47,096 nucleotides of DNA from Desulfovibrionaceae bacterium (GCA_031547425.1 JAVBRZ010000011.1:1-47096); one strand, 5' to 3'; positions 25,652 to 34,821 are shown, counted from the stretch's first letter. Program-made: numbers and translations. The notes: generated by a model not told the origin, from the letters alone.

Positions 25652-27952
25652 TTACTCATCCTCCAGCGCCAGATACTCGGCCATGATCACTTTCAGGCCA
25701 AATCCGGTGAAATTAACCCGGTATTTGTCCGGCGGAATATGCTGCACGATCTTGCCCCGGCCGAACAAGCGGTGGCGGCAGTAGCCCAGGCCCAGGGAGC
25801 CGTCTTTGGGCAGGCCGGAAATAAGACTTTTCTCTTGGGCGGGGCGCTGTTCAGGCTCAAAATGGCCGCCCGCGCCGGCGCCGGCCGGCGCGGGAGCCGA
25901 AATGAACGCCGCTTCGGGCGTTTCAAAAACAGGCCCGGAACGGCCGGGCAACGCCCCGCCGCTCTCCCGCTCCGGGCGCCCCGGCCGGGGTTCGTTTCGA
26001 CTCCCGGGCCGGCCTGGCGCGGCATACAGCGCGCCGCCGTAGCCTTCGCGCTCTTCAACATACACTCCGGTCGGCAATTCCTGCACAAAAGGACTGAGCA
26101 CGGCGGCCTCGTGCGCGCCCAGGCCGCGATTCTACACCGACACCGGCGCAAGCAGAATAAGCTCGCCCTTGGCCCGGGTGCAAGCCACATACAAAAGCCG
26201 CCGCTCCTCTTCATAATCATCTTCATTAAGCAAGGCATGGCGCGAGGGAAAACGGTCCTGCACCAGATCGATAACCAGCACCGCCGCCCACTCCAGTCCC
26301 TTGGCCGAATGCACCGTGGACAGGGTGATGGCTTGCTCGTCGCCTTCTTTGCCCGCTTCCGGACCGGGGTCCTCCAGGCTCAAATCGGAAATGAGCAAAT
26401 CCAGGTCCGCATAAGGCTCGGCAATGATCAAAAACTCATCCAACCCCTGCTGGCGGTAAGGGTAATCGTCAGGATAATTGGCTTCCAGCGCGGGCCGGTA
26501 ATGATCCAGAATCCGAGACAGGCAGGCCACGGGCTTTAAACCGGCCGCGCGCAGTTCATCCAAAAAGCGTAAGCTGGCCAGAAAATCTTTGTGCCGCCCG
26601 GCCGCTTTGTCCAGCAAAGCCGCGTCACCGCTCACCGCGGCCGCGTAAATGCGTTGCGCCGTCTTGGGCCCGATGCCGGGATAAAACTCGCCCACCCGGC
26701 TGAAGGCCGGAAAGTCCAGCGGGTTGACGATGAGCCGGGCCATGGCCATGACGTCCTTGATGTGCGCCGCGTCAGTATAGCGCAAGCCGCCGTATTTCCT
26801 GAAGCGGATGCCCAGCTTGTTGAGCTGCACTTCCAGGTTGAAGGACTGGTAGCCGGCCCGAAAAAGCACGGCGATTTCCCTGGCCGGATAAGTGTGCAGC
26901 AGATCGGAAATCATGCCCGCGGCCAACGCGGCCTGGGAAAGGTCGTGCAGCGGGCGGATCAGGCGGGGCAACACCGCGCTCCGCCGGCTGGAGTGCAAAT
27001 GTTTGTGAAAGCTCTCGCGGGCCCCGGCCAGAATGGCATTGGTCAAATCCAGCACCGGCTGCGTGGAGCGGTAATTCTCCTCCAGCTTGATGAGCCTGGC
27101 CCCGGGGAACAGGCGCGGGAAATTGAGAATATTGCGCACATCCGCGCCCCGGAAAGCGTAAATGGACTGGGCGTCATCGCCCACAACCATAACGTTGCCG
27201 TTGTCCCCGGCCAAAAGCCGCGTGAGCCGGGCCTGCACCGGATTGGTGTCCTGGTACTCGTCAACCATGATATGGCTGAAGCGGGCGCGCTCCAGGTCCA
27301 GCAACGCCGGGTCCCCGCGCAGATGATTTTCCAGGGCGAAGAGCAGGTCGTCGTAGTCAAGAATGCTGTGCTTGAGCTTGTAGGCCGCATAAGCATCCGC
27401 CATGGCGGCCATCTCCGGCGCGTAAGCCATGAGGTGCGCGGCCTCGCGGCGAATCAAGCCGTCCAGGTCCACTTCCTTGTTGCGGCTTTTGCTGAGCAGG
27501 GAAAGCACGGTCTGGGTTTTGGGAAAAGCGCGCTCGCCCTTGCCGATTTTCAGATCTTCCTTGCAGGCGCGCAGGGCGGCCAGGCTGTCCGGCGTATCCA
27601 TGACCGTGAGCCCGCTCTTGTAGCCCGGTGGGGGAAAACGACGCAACACCGAATACGCGAAACCGTGAAAGGTGCCCCCGGCCACGCCGCTCAGCCCGAG
27701 GTCCAAAAGTTGTTCCGCGCGGCGGGTCATCTCCTGGGCGGCCTTGCGGGTAAAGGTCAACAGCAGGATCCGCTGCGGCGGCACGCCCTCTTCCATGAGC
27801 CGGGCCAGCCGGTAAACAATGGTGCGCGTTTTGCCCGAACCCGCCCCGGCCACCACCAGCACGGGTCCGTTCAGGGTGGTCACGACCTCGTATTGCGCCG
27901 GGTTAAGCTTGTCCTGATAATCAATGATAAAGGCCATGAATTTTCTTTGCAT
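25652..27952 (-). pseudogene. UvrD/PcrA/Rep-type superfamily-1 DNA helicase interrupted by one in-frame TAG (26132-26134)
   Basis: The N-terminal ORF (606 aa) carries GAGSGKTRT (Walker A), VDEYQDTN, SIYAFRGA and YVACTRAK. The ORF at 25652-26101 is in the same frame (27952-26101 = 1851 = 3 x 617), and the 10 codons between them are open. The downstream peptide continues with helicase-typical SPFVQELP and a terminal HRLFGRGKIV..VNF.GFG.K module. Confidence 0.75.
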
Positions 27953-28125
27953 CCGCCCTGGGGCATAATTTGCAGCCGCAAACGATGAGGTTTCGTCCGG
28001 GCCGGTTTTCTGAGTACTAACATAAAGCCGGGCCGGGGAAAAGCCTTGCGCGCTCCAGGTTGCGGGCGGGTTTGACCTTGCCTTCCACGCGGTGTAAGTT
28101 TTGAAAAACGCACCAGGAGGAACGC

Positions 28126-28512
28126 ATGCCGGCCAAACATCCTTGCGAAATGTACGGACAATTATTCTACGGCCCGGAATTGACCTACAATGATTTGTAT
28201 GAGCATGAGCGCAGGCTGGTGGACGCGATCACGGAATTTTTAAGCGCCAACAACGCCGTGCACCTGGATTTCACCCCGGATGGAGACAGCCTGCGTTTCC
28301 AGTGCGAGTTGGACACTTATGGCGAAGACCTGTTCCACATCCTGGCCGACGGCCTCAGCGCCATGCTCACCGAGGATATCGAAGGCCGGCTGCTTTTTGT
28401 GGACAAAGTCACCCTGGGAGTGGTCCACGTTTACGCCCTGACTCACGACAAGTGGCGGGAAGCGGCCATCGGCATCCCCCGGCCTTCGTTTTTTGACGGG
28501 CAGGAGCAATAA
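28126..28512 (+). CDS. Hypothetical protein (128 aa)
   Basis: An AGGAGGAACGC RBS precedes the ATG and the composition is coding-like. No family was recognised. Confidence 0.6.
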   Translation: MPAKHPCEMYGQLFYGPELTYNDLYEHERRLVDAITEFLSANNAVHLDFTPDGDSLRFQCELDTYGEDLFHILADGLSAMLTEDIEGRLLFVDKVTLGVVHVYALTHDKWREAAIGIPRPSFFDGQEQ

Positions 28513-28662
28513 GGCGAAGGAATTCCGCCTCGCCCATAAAAGGCGCGCTCCCCAGGCCCCCCCGCAGCAGCTTGCCGCGTTGGCCATAATAATGTTGACC
28601 AAGCCCGGCTTTCAGTGTAGCGGAAAACTCGCGGGAAACAGCTTTTCCGCCCACGCTTCCCC

Positions 28663-28751
28663 GCCCGGATGGTGGAATTGGTAGACACAAGGGATTTAAA
28701 ATCCCTGGAACGGAAACGTTCGTGCCGGTTCAAGTCCGGCTCTGGGCACCA
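28663..28751 (+). tRNA. tRNA-Leu (anticodon UAA)
   Basis: The sequence folds by hand: acceptor GCCCGGA/TCTGGGC, anticodon stem AGGGA/TCCCT with loop TTTAAAA, a long variable arm, T-loop GGTTCAAGTCC and an encoded CCA. Confidence 0.93.
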
Positions 28752-29007
28752 AACGATAATCCCCCCGGCATAGCCGATGGTTTTTCGTGTGCGCCTGTAA
28801 GGCTCTGTTACCAACAGCGCCCTAACAGGCGCATATTTGGTCTGACATCTGCGTGTTCCGTTACTTGCGGCCCGTAAACGGGCTCCCGAGGTAAGGATGC
28901 GACAACTGCTCTCCACGCTTCTCCTGATCCAACTGATGTTTGGCAGGCAGAATAGGCGTGTTGCGGTAAAATGAAATCAACGACAAATCTTAAATTTGGA
29001 GAATGGA

Positions 29008-30936
29008 ATGAATCCCGAGGTCTCGGAACTTTTGTTTTTGGTCATGCAAACGCTCTGCGTTATCTGCCTCCTTTTTGCTTTTTTCGGCAGCAGTCGGCCA
29101 ACGCGGGGGGTGCTGGCCGCCGGGGCAACTTTTTGCGTGGTGACCGCAATGTGGTCCAACGCATCCGGTCTCGACATGGCAGTAGCAAGGGTTGTCGCCG
29201 GATCATTGCTTTTGCTGCCGCTGGCCGCATTTGTGGTTACGCTCATTATTTTTCACAAATCCAAACCAAACCCGCTTTCACCAAAATCAAGAGTTATCCT
29301 GCTAGTTATCGGGCTGTTGCTTTGCGTGGGTGGAATTTTGGTCAAATACGACCCTCGATACGAAATACATAGCCCCAAAGCCGAACAGGGAATAAACTTG
29401 GCAATTAAGGAAGGCGATCCCGAAGCTCTTCGCTGCTGGATCAATTATAAGCAGAAAAGCGGGACCAGGCCTTTCTCCCTTGATTTGGTTTTCCAGACGC
29501 ATGGCTTGTCAAAAAAAACCTGCTTACTGCTGAGCGTGGTAAAGCCGACCCCGCAGCATTACTGGGATGCTGCTCTTAAATTTCCGCCTTCTCCTGAGCG
29601 CTTGAAACTTTTACAATGCTTTGTTCCCGGAGAAAAAGAACCCTTGCCGGCTTACTATTTTATCCAACTTATGGGTGAGGGCGACAGCGAAGCGGTAGAA
29701 CTTTTATACCCATATTTTCAACGGAACTTGGATGCAGTAATGATCCGAGCCAAGAGGCTTGATTTGCTTGCTGAAGTAGTTCGGCGCGGTTCTCCATCCA
29801 AATTTATGACGGTTGAGGATAAATATACTCCAAGTGCGTTGGAGCAAGCTGCGAACAACTCTGCCGAGTATACAGCCTTCCTTTTGGATGCCGGGTACAA
29901 GCCGACGACCGAGGCCTTGCAAATTGCCTGTCGCGTCACCCCTGAAAATCGCGGTGTGGCGCAAATGCTCTTGGCGGCCGGAGCGGACCCGAACGGCCAG
30001 GTTGATGGACCAAGCCCGCTGCAGCAGGCAATAGTCTGCGGCGCCGATGAGCTTGTTGACCTGCTGCTGACGGCTGGAGCCAATGACCGATCCGCCGACC
30101 GAAACGGAAGAACGGCACTCCATGCCGCCGCAATGGCCGGCAATCTACGGGTCATATCGCTCCTTCATGAACGTGGAGTTTCGACCGACGCTGCTGAAAG
30201 CAACGGCTTCACCCCTTTGCATTGGGCCGCGTTTCGGGGCGATCCCGAGGCCTGCGCCTTGCTTTTGCAAGCTGGCGCCTCCGTAAATGTCCTTGATGCG
30301 TGGGGGTATCCTCCAGTGTTTTATGCGGCAAACCAAGGCCATGCACCGGTGTTAGCCGTATTGCTGGAGAAAAAACCGGAATTGATCGCGCTTGTTAACG
30401 CACCCTCCGGCAACACAGAGCATGAGCCGTTCTCTATAATAGGAACAGTTGCCGCCTATCGTTGGCATGAACTTCTTGATATTGCAAAAAACATCGGCTT
30501 GCCGCCCGCGTCCATGGGAATTCCCGACGCCGGCCTTCCCGCAAAAGGTGTATGGCTGCGGACTCTGGAGCGTAAGGCCGAGGCGGTAAAGATCCTTCTG
30601 GCAGCAGGCGCAGACCCTTTTCTGAAACAGAATCCAACACTCATCAACGTTGTTTTCGCTGGCCCCATAGGATATGGTTTTGTAAAAGCCGGCCGCGCAA
30701 CTGGGTACCCGGATCGGGATACAATACAGGCGTGTGTGAGCATGGATGCCGCGCCGCTGATATGCAAGGCCATTGAAAGCTTGTCCACCGACGATGCCCC
30801 CTTGCCGGTCCCTGATCAGATAGAAATATTCTGCCGTTCTGCCTGTATCGGCTTCAGTTGGGAAAAAATCCAAGCATGCGTAACCGCTGTCGAGGCTGAA
30901 ATAAAACGCGGGAATAGACTCGCTGCGGACGAGTAA
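29008..30936 (+). CDS. Membrane-anchored ankyrin-repeat protein
   Basis: The N-terminus has ~4 hydrophobic helices. It is followed by about 3 clear tandem ANK repeats, with weaker ANK-like segments flanking them: GADPNG...SPLQQAIVCGADELVDLLLTAGAN, GRTALHAAAMAGNLRVISLLHERG, GFTPLHWAAFRGDPEACALLLQAGAS, YPPVFYAANQGHAPVLAVLL. The listed ORF starts at 28996, but ATG 29008 is better spaced from the GGAG. Confidence 0.85.
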   Translation: MNPEVSELLFLVMQTLCVICLLFAFFGSSRPTRGVLAAGATFCVVTAMWSNASGLDMAVARVVAGSLLLLPLAAFVVTLIIFHKSKPNPLSPKSRVILLVIGLLLCVGGILVKYDPRYEIHSPKAEQGINLAIKEGDPEALRCWINYKQKSGTRPFSLDLVFQTHGLSKKTCLLLSVVKPTPQHYWDAALKFPPSPERLKLLQCFVPGEKEPLPAYYFIQLMGEGDSEAVELLYPYFQRNLDAVMIRAKRLDLLAEVVRRGSPSKFMTVEDKYTPSALEQAANNSAEYTAFLLDAGYKPTTEALQIACRVTPENRGVAQMLLAAGADPNGQVDGPSPLQQAIVCGADELVDLLLTAGANDRSADRNGRTALHAAAMAGNLRVISLLHERGVSTDAAESNGFTPLHWAAFRGDPEACALLLQAGASVNVLDAWGYPPVFYAANQGHAPVLAVLLEKKPELIALVNAPSGNTEHEPFSIIGTVAAYRWHELLDIAKNIGLPPASMGIPDAGLPAKGVWLRTLERKAEAVKILLAAGADPFLKQNPTLINVVFAGPIGYGFVKAGRATGYPDRDTIQACVSMDAAPLICKAIESLSTDDAPLPVPDQIEIFCRSACIGFSWEKIQACVTAVEAEIKRGNRLAADE

Positions 30937-31107
30937 CCGAGCAAATAGCGCAACCCGCTGCCAAGAGTCGAAAATATCTTTGATAGCGGAGCCGCACCAC
31001 ACCCGCGCCACACCCACGATTGATGCGCGGCGAGGAAAAATTTTTCCCGCCCGACTACAGCCGTGAAGAGCGTGTGCGGTGGCTGGAGCAAAATGATAAT
31101 CACCCAG

Positions 31108-31221
31108 GGGTTTAAACTTTGCAAAACCGTCCTGCACCAATCTCGCGAGCGTTGCGAATTCCCGCTTCGCAACGCCGGAGCATTTTTCCTGAATATATAA
31201 TTTCAATGTTGAAATGCTCTA
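31108..31221. repeat. Degenerate/shortened copy of the family-A MITE-like element
   Basis: 31173-31221 (cgccggagcatttttcctgaatatataatttcaatgttgaaatgctcta) matches the right end of copy 1 (8926-8974) at 44/49 by hand. The left part, gtttaaactttgcaaaa..cctgca, resembles the left TIR region. Confidence 0.5.
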
Positions 31222-31242
31222 ACAAACAAGGAGGAGACAGGT

Positions 31243-31800
31243 ATGGCTAAAAAAATTGTGGTGCTCAACGGAAGCCCGAGGAAAAACGGCAACACGGCGG
31301 CTTTGATCGACAAGTTCACCGCCGGGGCGCAAAGCGCCGGGCACGACGTCACCCGCTTCAACATCGCGGAAATGGACATCAGCCCTTGCATCGGCTGCCT
31401 TAGGGGAGGCAAAGACAAACGCAGCCCCTGCACGCAAAAAGACGACATGGACAAGATCTACCCGGCTTACGAAGACACGGACGTAATCGTGCTGGCCTCG
31501 CCCCTGTATTTCTGGAGCTTCACGGCCCAGCTCAAAACGGTCATCGACCGCATCTTCGCTGTGGCTGAAGCCAACAACTACCACTCCCCGCATAAAGACT
31601 GCATCATGCTCATCGCCGCAGGCGACAACAGCAAGAGCAATTTTCAGCCCATGATCGATTATTATAAAAGCTTGCTGCAAAACATCGGGTGGACGGACGC
31701 GGGCATGCTCCTGGCGGGCGGGGTCAATGAAATCGGAGACATCGCCGGCAAACCTGTTCTGGAGGATGCCAGACGGTTGGGCGCGGCCATCAAGGGTTGA
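31243..31800 (+). CDS. Flavodoxin-like fold NAD(P)H-dependent FMN reductase family protein
   Basis: MAKKIVVLNGSPRKNGNTAALI.., ..ADVIVLASPLYFWSFTAQLKTVIDR is typical of the FMN_red / iron-sulfur flavoprotein-like family. An AGGAGGAGACAGGT RBS precedes the start. Confidence 0.85.
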   Translation: MAKKIVVLNGSPRKNGNTAALIDKFTAGAQSAGHDVTRFNIAEMDISPCIGCLRGGKDKRSPCTQKDDMDKIYPAYEDTDVIVLASPLYFWSFTAQLKTVIDRIFAVAEANNYHSPHKDCIMLIAAGDNSKSNFQPMIDYYKSLLQNIGWTDAGMLLAGGVNEIGDIAGKPVLEDARRLGAAIKG

Positions 31801-32000
31801 ATTTCATCATCCGGATCTGTGCGGCTGTAAAACAATTCTCGCAAAAACGCCTTGGCGAAGGGTTGGAAAGGGTTTATAATTGCCTGCGGCCCACAACACA
31901 TGCTTTAAAAATTTCACCTGGCGAACTACCGATGCAATTGCAGGGCCTCAACAGCCCGGCATCGCTGTAAAAACTTCAATCCGGCAAGGGCAGCGTAAAT

Positions 32001-33302
32001 ATGATCCAGGTTTTCTTATTATTGTGCGGTTCGCGGGCTGTGCGCCGCAAATGGGGAGCCATCCTTTTTTGGGGCTTGCTGTGGCTGTTTTCAGGCATTT
32101 TCATATTTCAGGACGCCTTAGATAGTCAGTTGCGAATCGCGCCAATCTGGTTCGCCGCTCCCCTGTTGCTGGACGGCGTCTGGTCCGTGGCCCAGGCCCT
32201 ATCCACGACCGGGGCCGCCAAATCTCTGCGCCTCGCCAAAGCGGGCATGATTTTAGCCGTGGTCTCCCTGATTATCGTCTCGCCCCGTCATAGCGGCATA
32301 ATCATCGGCATTCTGGTAGGCACATTTTTAATCGCCGATGCGCTATGCCGGGGCTCATTCGCCTACATCATTCATTTCAACGGCTGGCGGCTCTCGTTTT
32401 TTTACGCTGTGGCCGAAGGGCTAAGCGGGATATGGTCCCTGATTCCCTGGCCCACGTTCTGGGAAGGCGAAGTGGGCGCCGACGTCGGCACCTTGTTCAT
32501 TTTTTCCGGCATCGGCATTTGCGCCCTGGCCTTGCGCATCGGCCTGCTGCCGCCGGACATGAGCATTCTGACGCTTATGAATCGCGGCTGGCCCGCGCCT
32601 GCCACGTCCCCTGATTCCAAAGAAGCAAATTCCGGATCCGAAGAATATGAACCTGAGGACGTCATCATCCATATCTGGACGCCCACGGAAACGCTAGTGC
32701 CCCTGCGGCGGGGAATAAGCCGCTATTTCGCGGCCTCGGACGCCAATGGCGTGGTTTCCGCCGGCCATGCGGCCCTGGAATTGCCCCCCGATGTATACAT
32801 CAGCCACTACCCGGCGGTGGAGATCGACCGTGACCAGGCGGAGTTCGCCAGAACATTGCGCGGCACTCCGGACAATGACGTGCCCGGCCTATTTCAACCC
32901 GGCTACCGCGAAGAAAGCGCCGCCTGGCGCCCCTCCACCAGGCAGGTTCGGCTGCCCGGGCTCAACGGGCGCGCTATCCGCAAATTCTGGAAAGACTACA
33001 GCGCTGATGCAACCTACAACCTCAGCACCCGCAGTTGCGCCGGCGCGGTGGCCAAGGCCCTGGACGCCGGGATGGAAGGGCTTTTCGAGATGCGGGTCCG
33101 CTCCCCTTTGTTCGTATTGCGCCTGCTGACCACCTCCGAGCTGTGGGTGGCCGGTTTTTTACGCCACCGGGCCATGGCCGCGGCCTGGACGCCGGGCATC
33201 ATGCTGGATTACGCGCGCGCCTTGGCCTATATCCTCGCCCTGCCCGATGGCCGAAAGTTCGACACGCGGGCGGCGCCGCCTGAAAATCATGCCCATGGCT
33301 GA
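32001..33302 (+). CDS. Membrane protein: DUF308/HdeD-like TM region fused to a C-terminal domain with a His...Cys dyad
   Basis: The N-terminal ~200 aa consists of repeated W/G-rich helices (WGLLWLFSGIFIF...LLLDGVWSV). The C-terminal domain carries SAGHAALEL..VYISHYP and YNLSTRSCAGAVAKALD. The domain assignment is inference only. Confidence 0.55.
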   Translation: MIQVFLLLCGSRAVRRKWGAILFWGLLWLFSGIFIFQDALDSQLRIAPIWFAAPLLLDGVWSVAQALSTTGAAKSLRLAKAGMILAVVSLIIVSPRHSGIIIGILVGTFLIADALCRGSFAYIIHFNGWRLSFFYAVAEGLSGIWSLIPWPTFWEGEVGADVGTLFIFSGIGICALALRIGLLPPDMSILTLMNRGWPAPATSPDSKEANSGSEEYEPEDVIIHIWTPTETLVPLRRGISRYFAASDANGVVSAGHAALELPPDVYISHYPAVEIDRDQAEFARTLRGTPDNDVPGLFQPGYREESAAWRPSTRQVRLPGLNGRAIRKFWKDYSADATYNLSTRSCAGAVAKALDAGMEGLFEMRVRSPLFVLRLLTTSELWVAGFLRHRAMAAAWTPGIMLDYARALAYILALPDGRKFDTRAAPPENHAHG

Positions 33303-34434
33303 ACAAAGAGCTCCCTTCCTTCTGTTGTCCCAAGCCGCGGTAATCCTCACTGCGGCCATATTCGGCCTGACCTACAGCTTGAGCGCCGCCCTCATTGCTC
33401 TGGATCTGGCGGAACTGGGCCTTGATGAAAGCCTTATCGGCGCCAACGCGGCCATGCACGCTGTGGGCGTGCTGGCCATGGCTTTTCTGCTGCCAAGGCT
33501 CACCGCGCTTTGGGGCATACGCCGCACCATGGTCGCCTCGCTTTTGGCGGCCGCCGCGTTCATGCTCCTGTTTCCGGCCCTGCCCTTTGTCTGGCTGTGG
33601 TTTCCGCTGCGCATTCTGTTGGGAGCGGCTTCCGAGACGCTATTCGTGTTGTCGGAAACCTGGCTGAACGGCCTCAGTTCCGAAGAAAGACGCGCGCGGA
33701 CCATGGGGGTTTACACGGCCGCCATGTCTGTGGGCTACGCCCTGGGGCCGCTGCTTTTGTCATTGCTGGGCACGGAAGGCTTCGCGCCTTACCTGGCGGG
33801 CGCCGGGCTGGCCTTGGCCGCGGCTCTGCTGGTGTTGTCCCCCAAGGTACGCGCGCCGTTCATTGAAAAACCGGCCCACAACAACCCTTGCGCTTATCTG
33901 CGCCTGGCGCCGCTGGCCCTGGCCGCCACCGCCCTCAACGCGGCCATTGAGTGCGCGGGCCTGACCTTTCTCACCTTATACGCAATGACCCTGGGCTGGC
34001 AGGAAAGCCAGGCCACCCAACTTATGTCTTGTCTGATGTTTGGAGCCATTGTGCTGCAATTGCCCATCGGCTGGCTGGGCGACAAAATGGACCGCCGCCG
34101 CCTGGTCATCCTGCTGGCGACGGCGGCGGCTTTGGGCGCTCTGCTCTGGCCCTGGGCTCTGCGGAATCAGGCGGCCACGTTCGGCCTGCTGTTCTTCTGG
34201 GGCGGCGCCCTGGTCGGCATTTACACCATTATGCTGACCATTGTGGGCAGCCGTTTCAAAGGCGCCGAGCTTATCGGCATCTACACGGCCATGGGCCTGG
34301 TTTGGGGAGCAGGAGCCCTGCTCGGCCCTTTATTGGCCGGCGCGGCCATGCAGGCGACCCCGCACGGACTGGCTTTTTTCGCCGCCGCCTCTTGCGCGGC
34401 GTTTGTGGCCATGGCCTGCATATTCAAAAAATAG
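33289..34434 (+). CDS. MFS transporter
   Basis: The product has 12 TM helices, with G.R...... loop motifs and LLGAASETLFVLSETW. The start is ATG 33289 or 33295 and overlaps the end of the upstream CDS. Confidence 0.85.
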   Translation: MPMAEQRAPFLLLSQAAVILTAAIFGLTYSLSAALIALDLAELGLDESLIGANAAMHAVGVLAMAFLLPRLTALWGIRRTMVASLLAAAAFMLLFPALPFVWLWFPLRILLGAASETLFVLSETWLNGLSSEERRARTMGVYTAAMSVGYALGPLLLSLLGTEGFAPYLAGAGLALAAALLVLSPKVRAPFIEKPAHNNPCAYLRLAPLALAATALNAAIECAGLTFLTLYAMTLGWQESQATQLMSCLMFGAIVLQLPIGWLGDKMDRRRLVILLATAAALGALLWPWALRNQAATFGLLFFWGGALVGIYTIMLTIVGSRFKGAELIGIYTAMGLVWGAGALLGPLLAGAAMQATPHGLAFFAAASCAAFVAMACIFKK

Positions 34435-34609
34435 AACCTATTTCATAATCAACTTTGAAGCGAAAAAGCGAGATTTATGACAGCGGCAAGGCAATGAGGC
34501 AAACGCCGACGACGGCGTAGTTGTGCTACGGTGAGGAGGGGTTTGCTCATTAACGCGGCCAAGGGCATAAAGACCGCTTTGCAGCCAAAGTTGATTATGA
34601 GATAGGTTC
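34434..34609. mobile_element. MITE-like palindromic element, family B (176 bp)
   Basis: The 24-bp terminal inverted repeats are GAACCTATTTCATAATCAACTTTG and CAAAGTTGATTATGAGATAGGTTC, with 1 mismatch. Weaker complementarity extends inward (aaagcg...tttatg / cataaa...cgcttt). It starts at the last base of the MFS stop codon. Confidence 0.65.
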
Positions 34610-34744
34610 TAATATGCCGCCGCCTCAGCAAAACATTTCAAACCATACTTCGAGCAACTTTTTATTTGTGGAAAACCCCACGCCAGACGTGGGGTTTTCC
34701 ACAAATAAAAAAAGCGAGGCAAATGCCTCGCTTTCCTTATATGC

Positions 34745-34821
34745 TGGCGGAGCAGAAGGGACTCGAACCCTCGGCCTCTGGCGTGACAGGCCAGCGTTAT
34801 AACCGTCTTAACTACTGCTCC
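34745..34821 (-). tRNA. tRNA-Asp (anticodon GUC)
   Basis: The reverse complement is GGAGCAGTAGTTAAGACGGTTATAACGCTGGCCTGTCACGCCAGAGGCCGAGGGTTCGAGTCCCTTCTGCTCCGCCA. It folds as a cloverleaf by hand, 77 nt including CCA. Confidence 0.93.

Noticed and set aside
26132-26134. Pyrrolysine or another programmed recoding of the in-frame TAG in the helicase
   Set aside because: TAG is used as an ordinary stop by several genes in this window (rnhB, rsmI, MATE, pgpA and others). No pyl genes or PYLIS-like context are visible. A nonsense mutation, a split gene or a sequencing error is more parsimonious. It is kept only as a check.
25298-26539. 413-aa plus-strand ORF, with similar long ORFs at 26591-27988 (+), 17219-18397 (+), 41650-42759 (-), 42778-43806 (-), 5452-6339 (+), 21345-22130 (-), 10677-11435 (-), 39274-40068 (+) and 23517-24170 (+)
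   Set aside because: All lie antisense to genes with unmistakable conserved motifs (thiL, the helicase, prmC, fliD, fliS, the phosphoesterase, tlyA, cysE, hisG). Their products are Arg/Gly/His/Gln-rich low-information sequences, which is typical of antisense frames in high-GC DNA.
28443-28916. 157-aa minus-strand ORF spanning tRNA-Leu, with ORFs at 34609-34935 and 34812-35015 spanning tRNA-Asp/Val
   Set aside because: They are translations across tRNA genes. Peptides such as PEPDLNRHE..FKS and GRASALQAEGGRFDS are the familiar artefact of reading tRNA sequence. The tRNA cloverleaves explain the conservation.
28748-31106. Direct-repeat att sites for a tRNA-Leu-integrated island (aaacgataatcccc versus aaatgataatcaccc)
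   Set aside because: Only ~14 of 16 bases match, the repeat does not include the tRNA 3' end, and no integrase is present. This is too weak to call an integrative element and is mentioned only as context.
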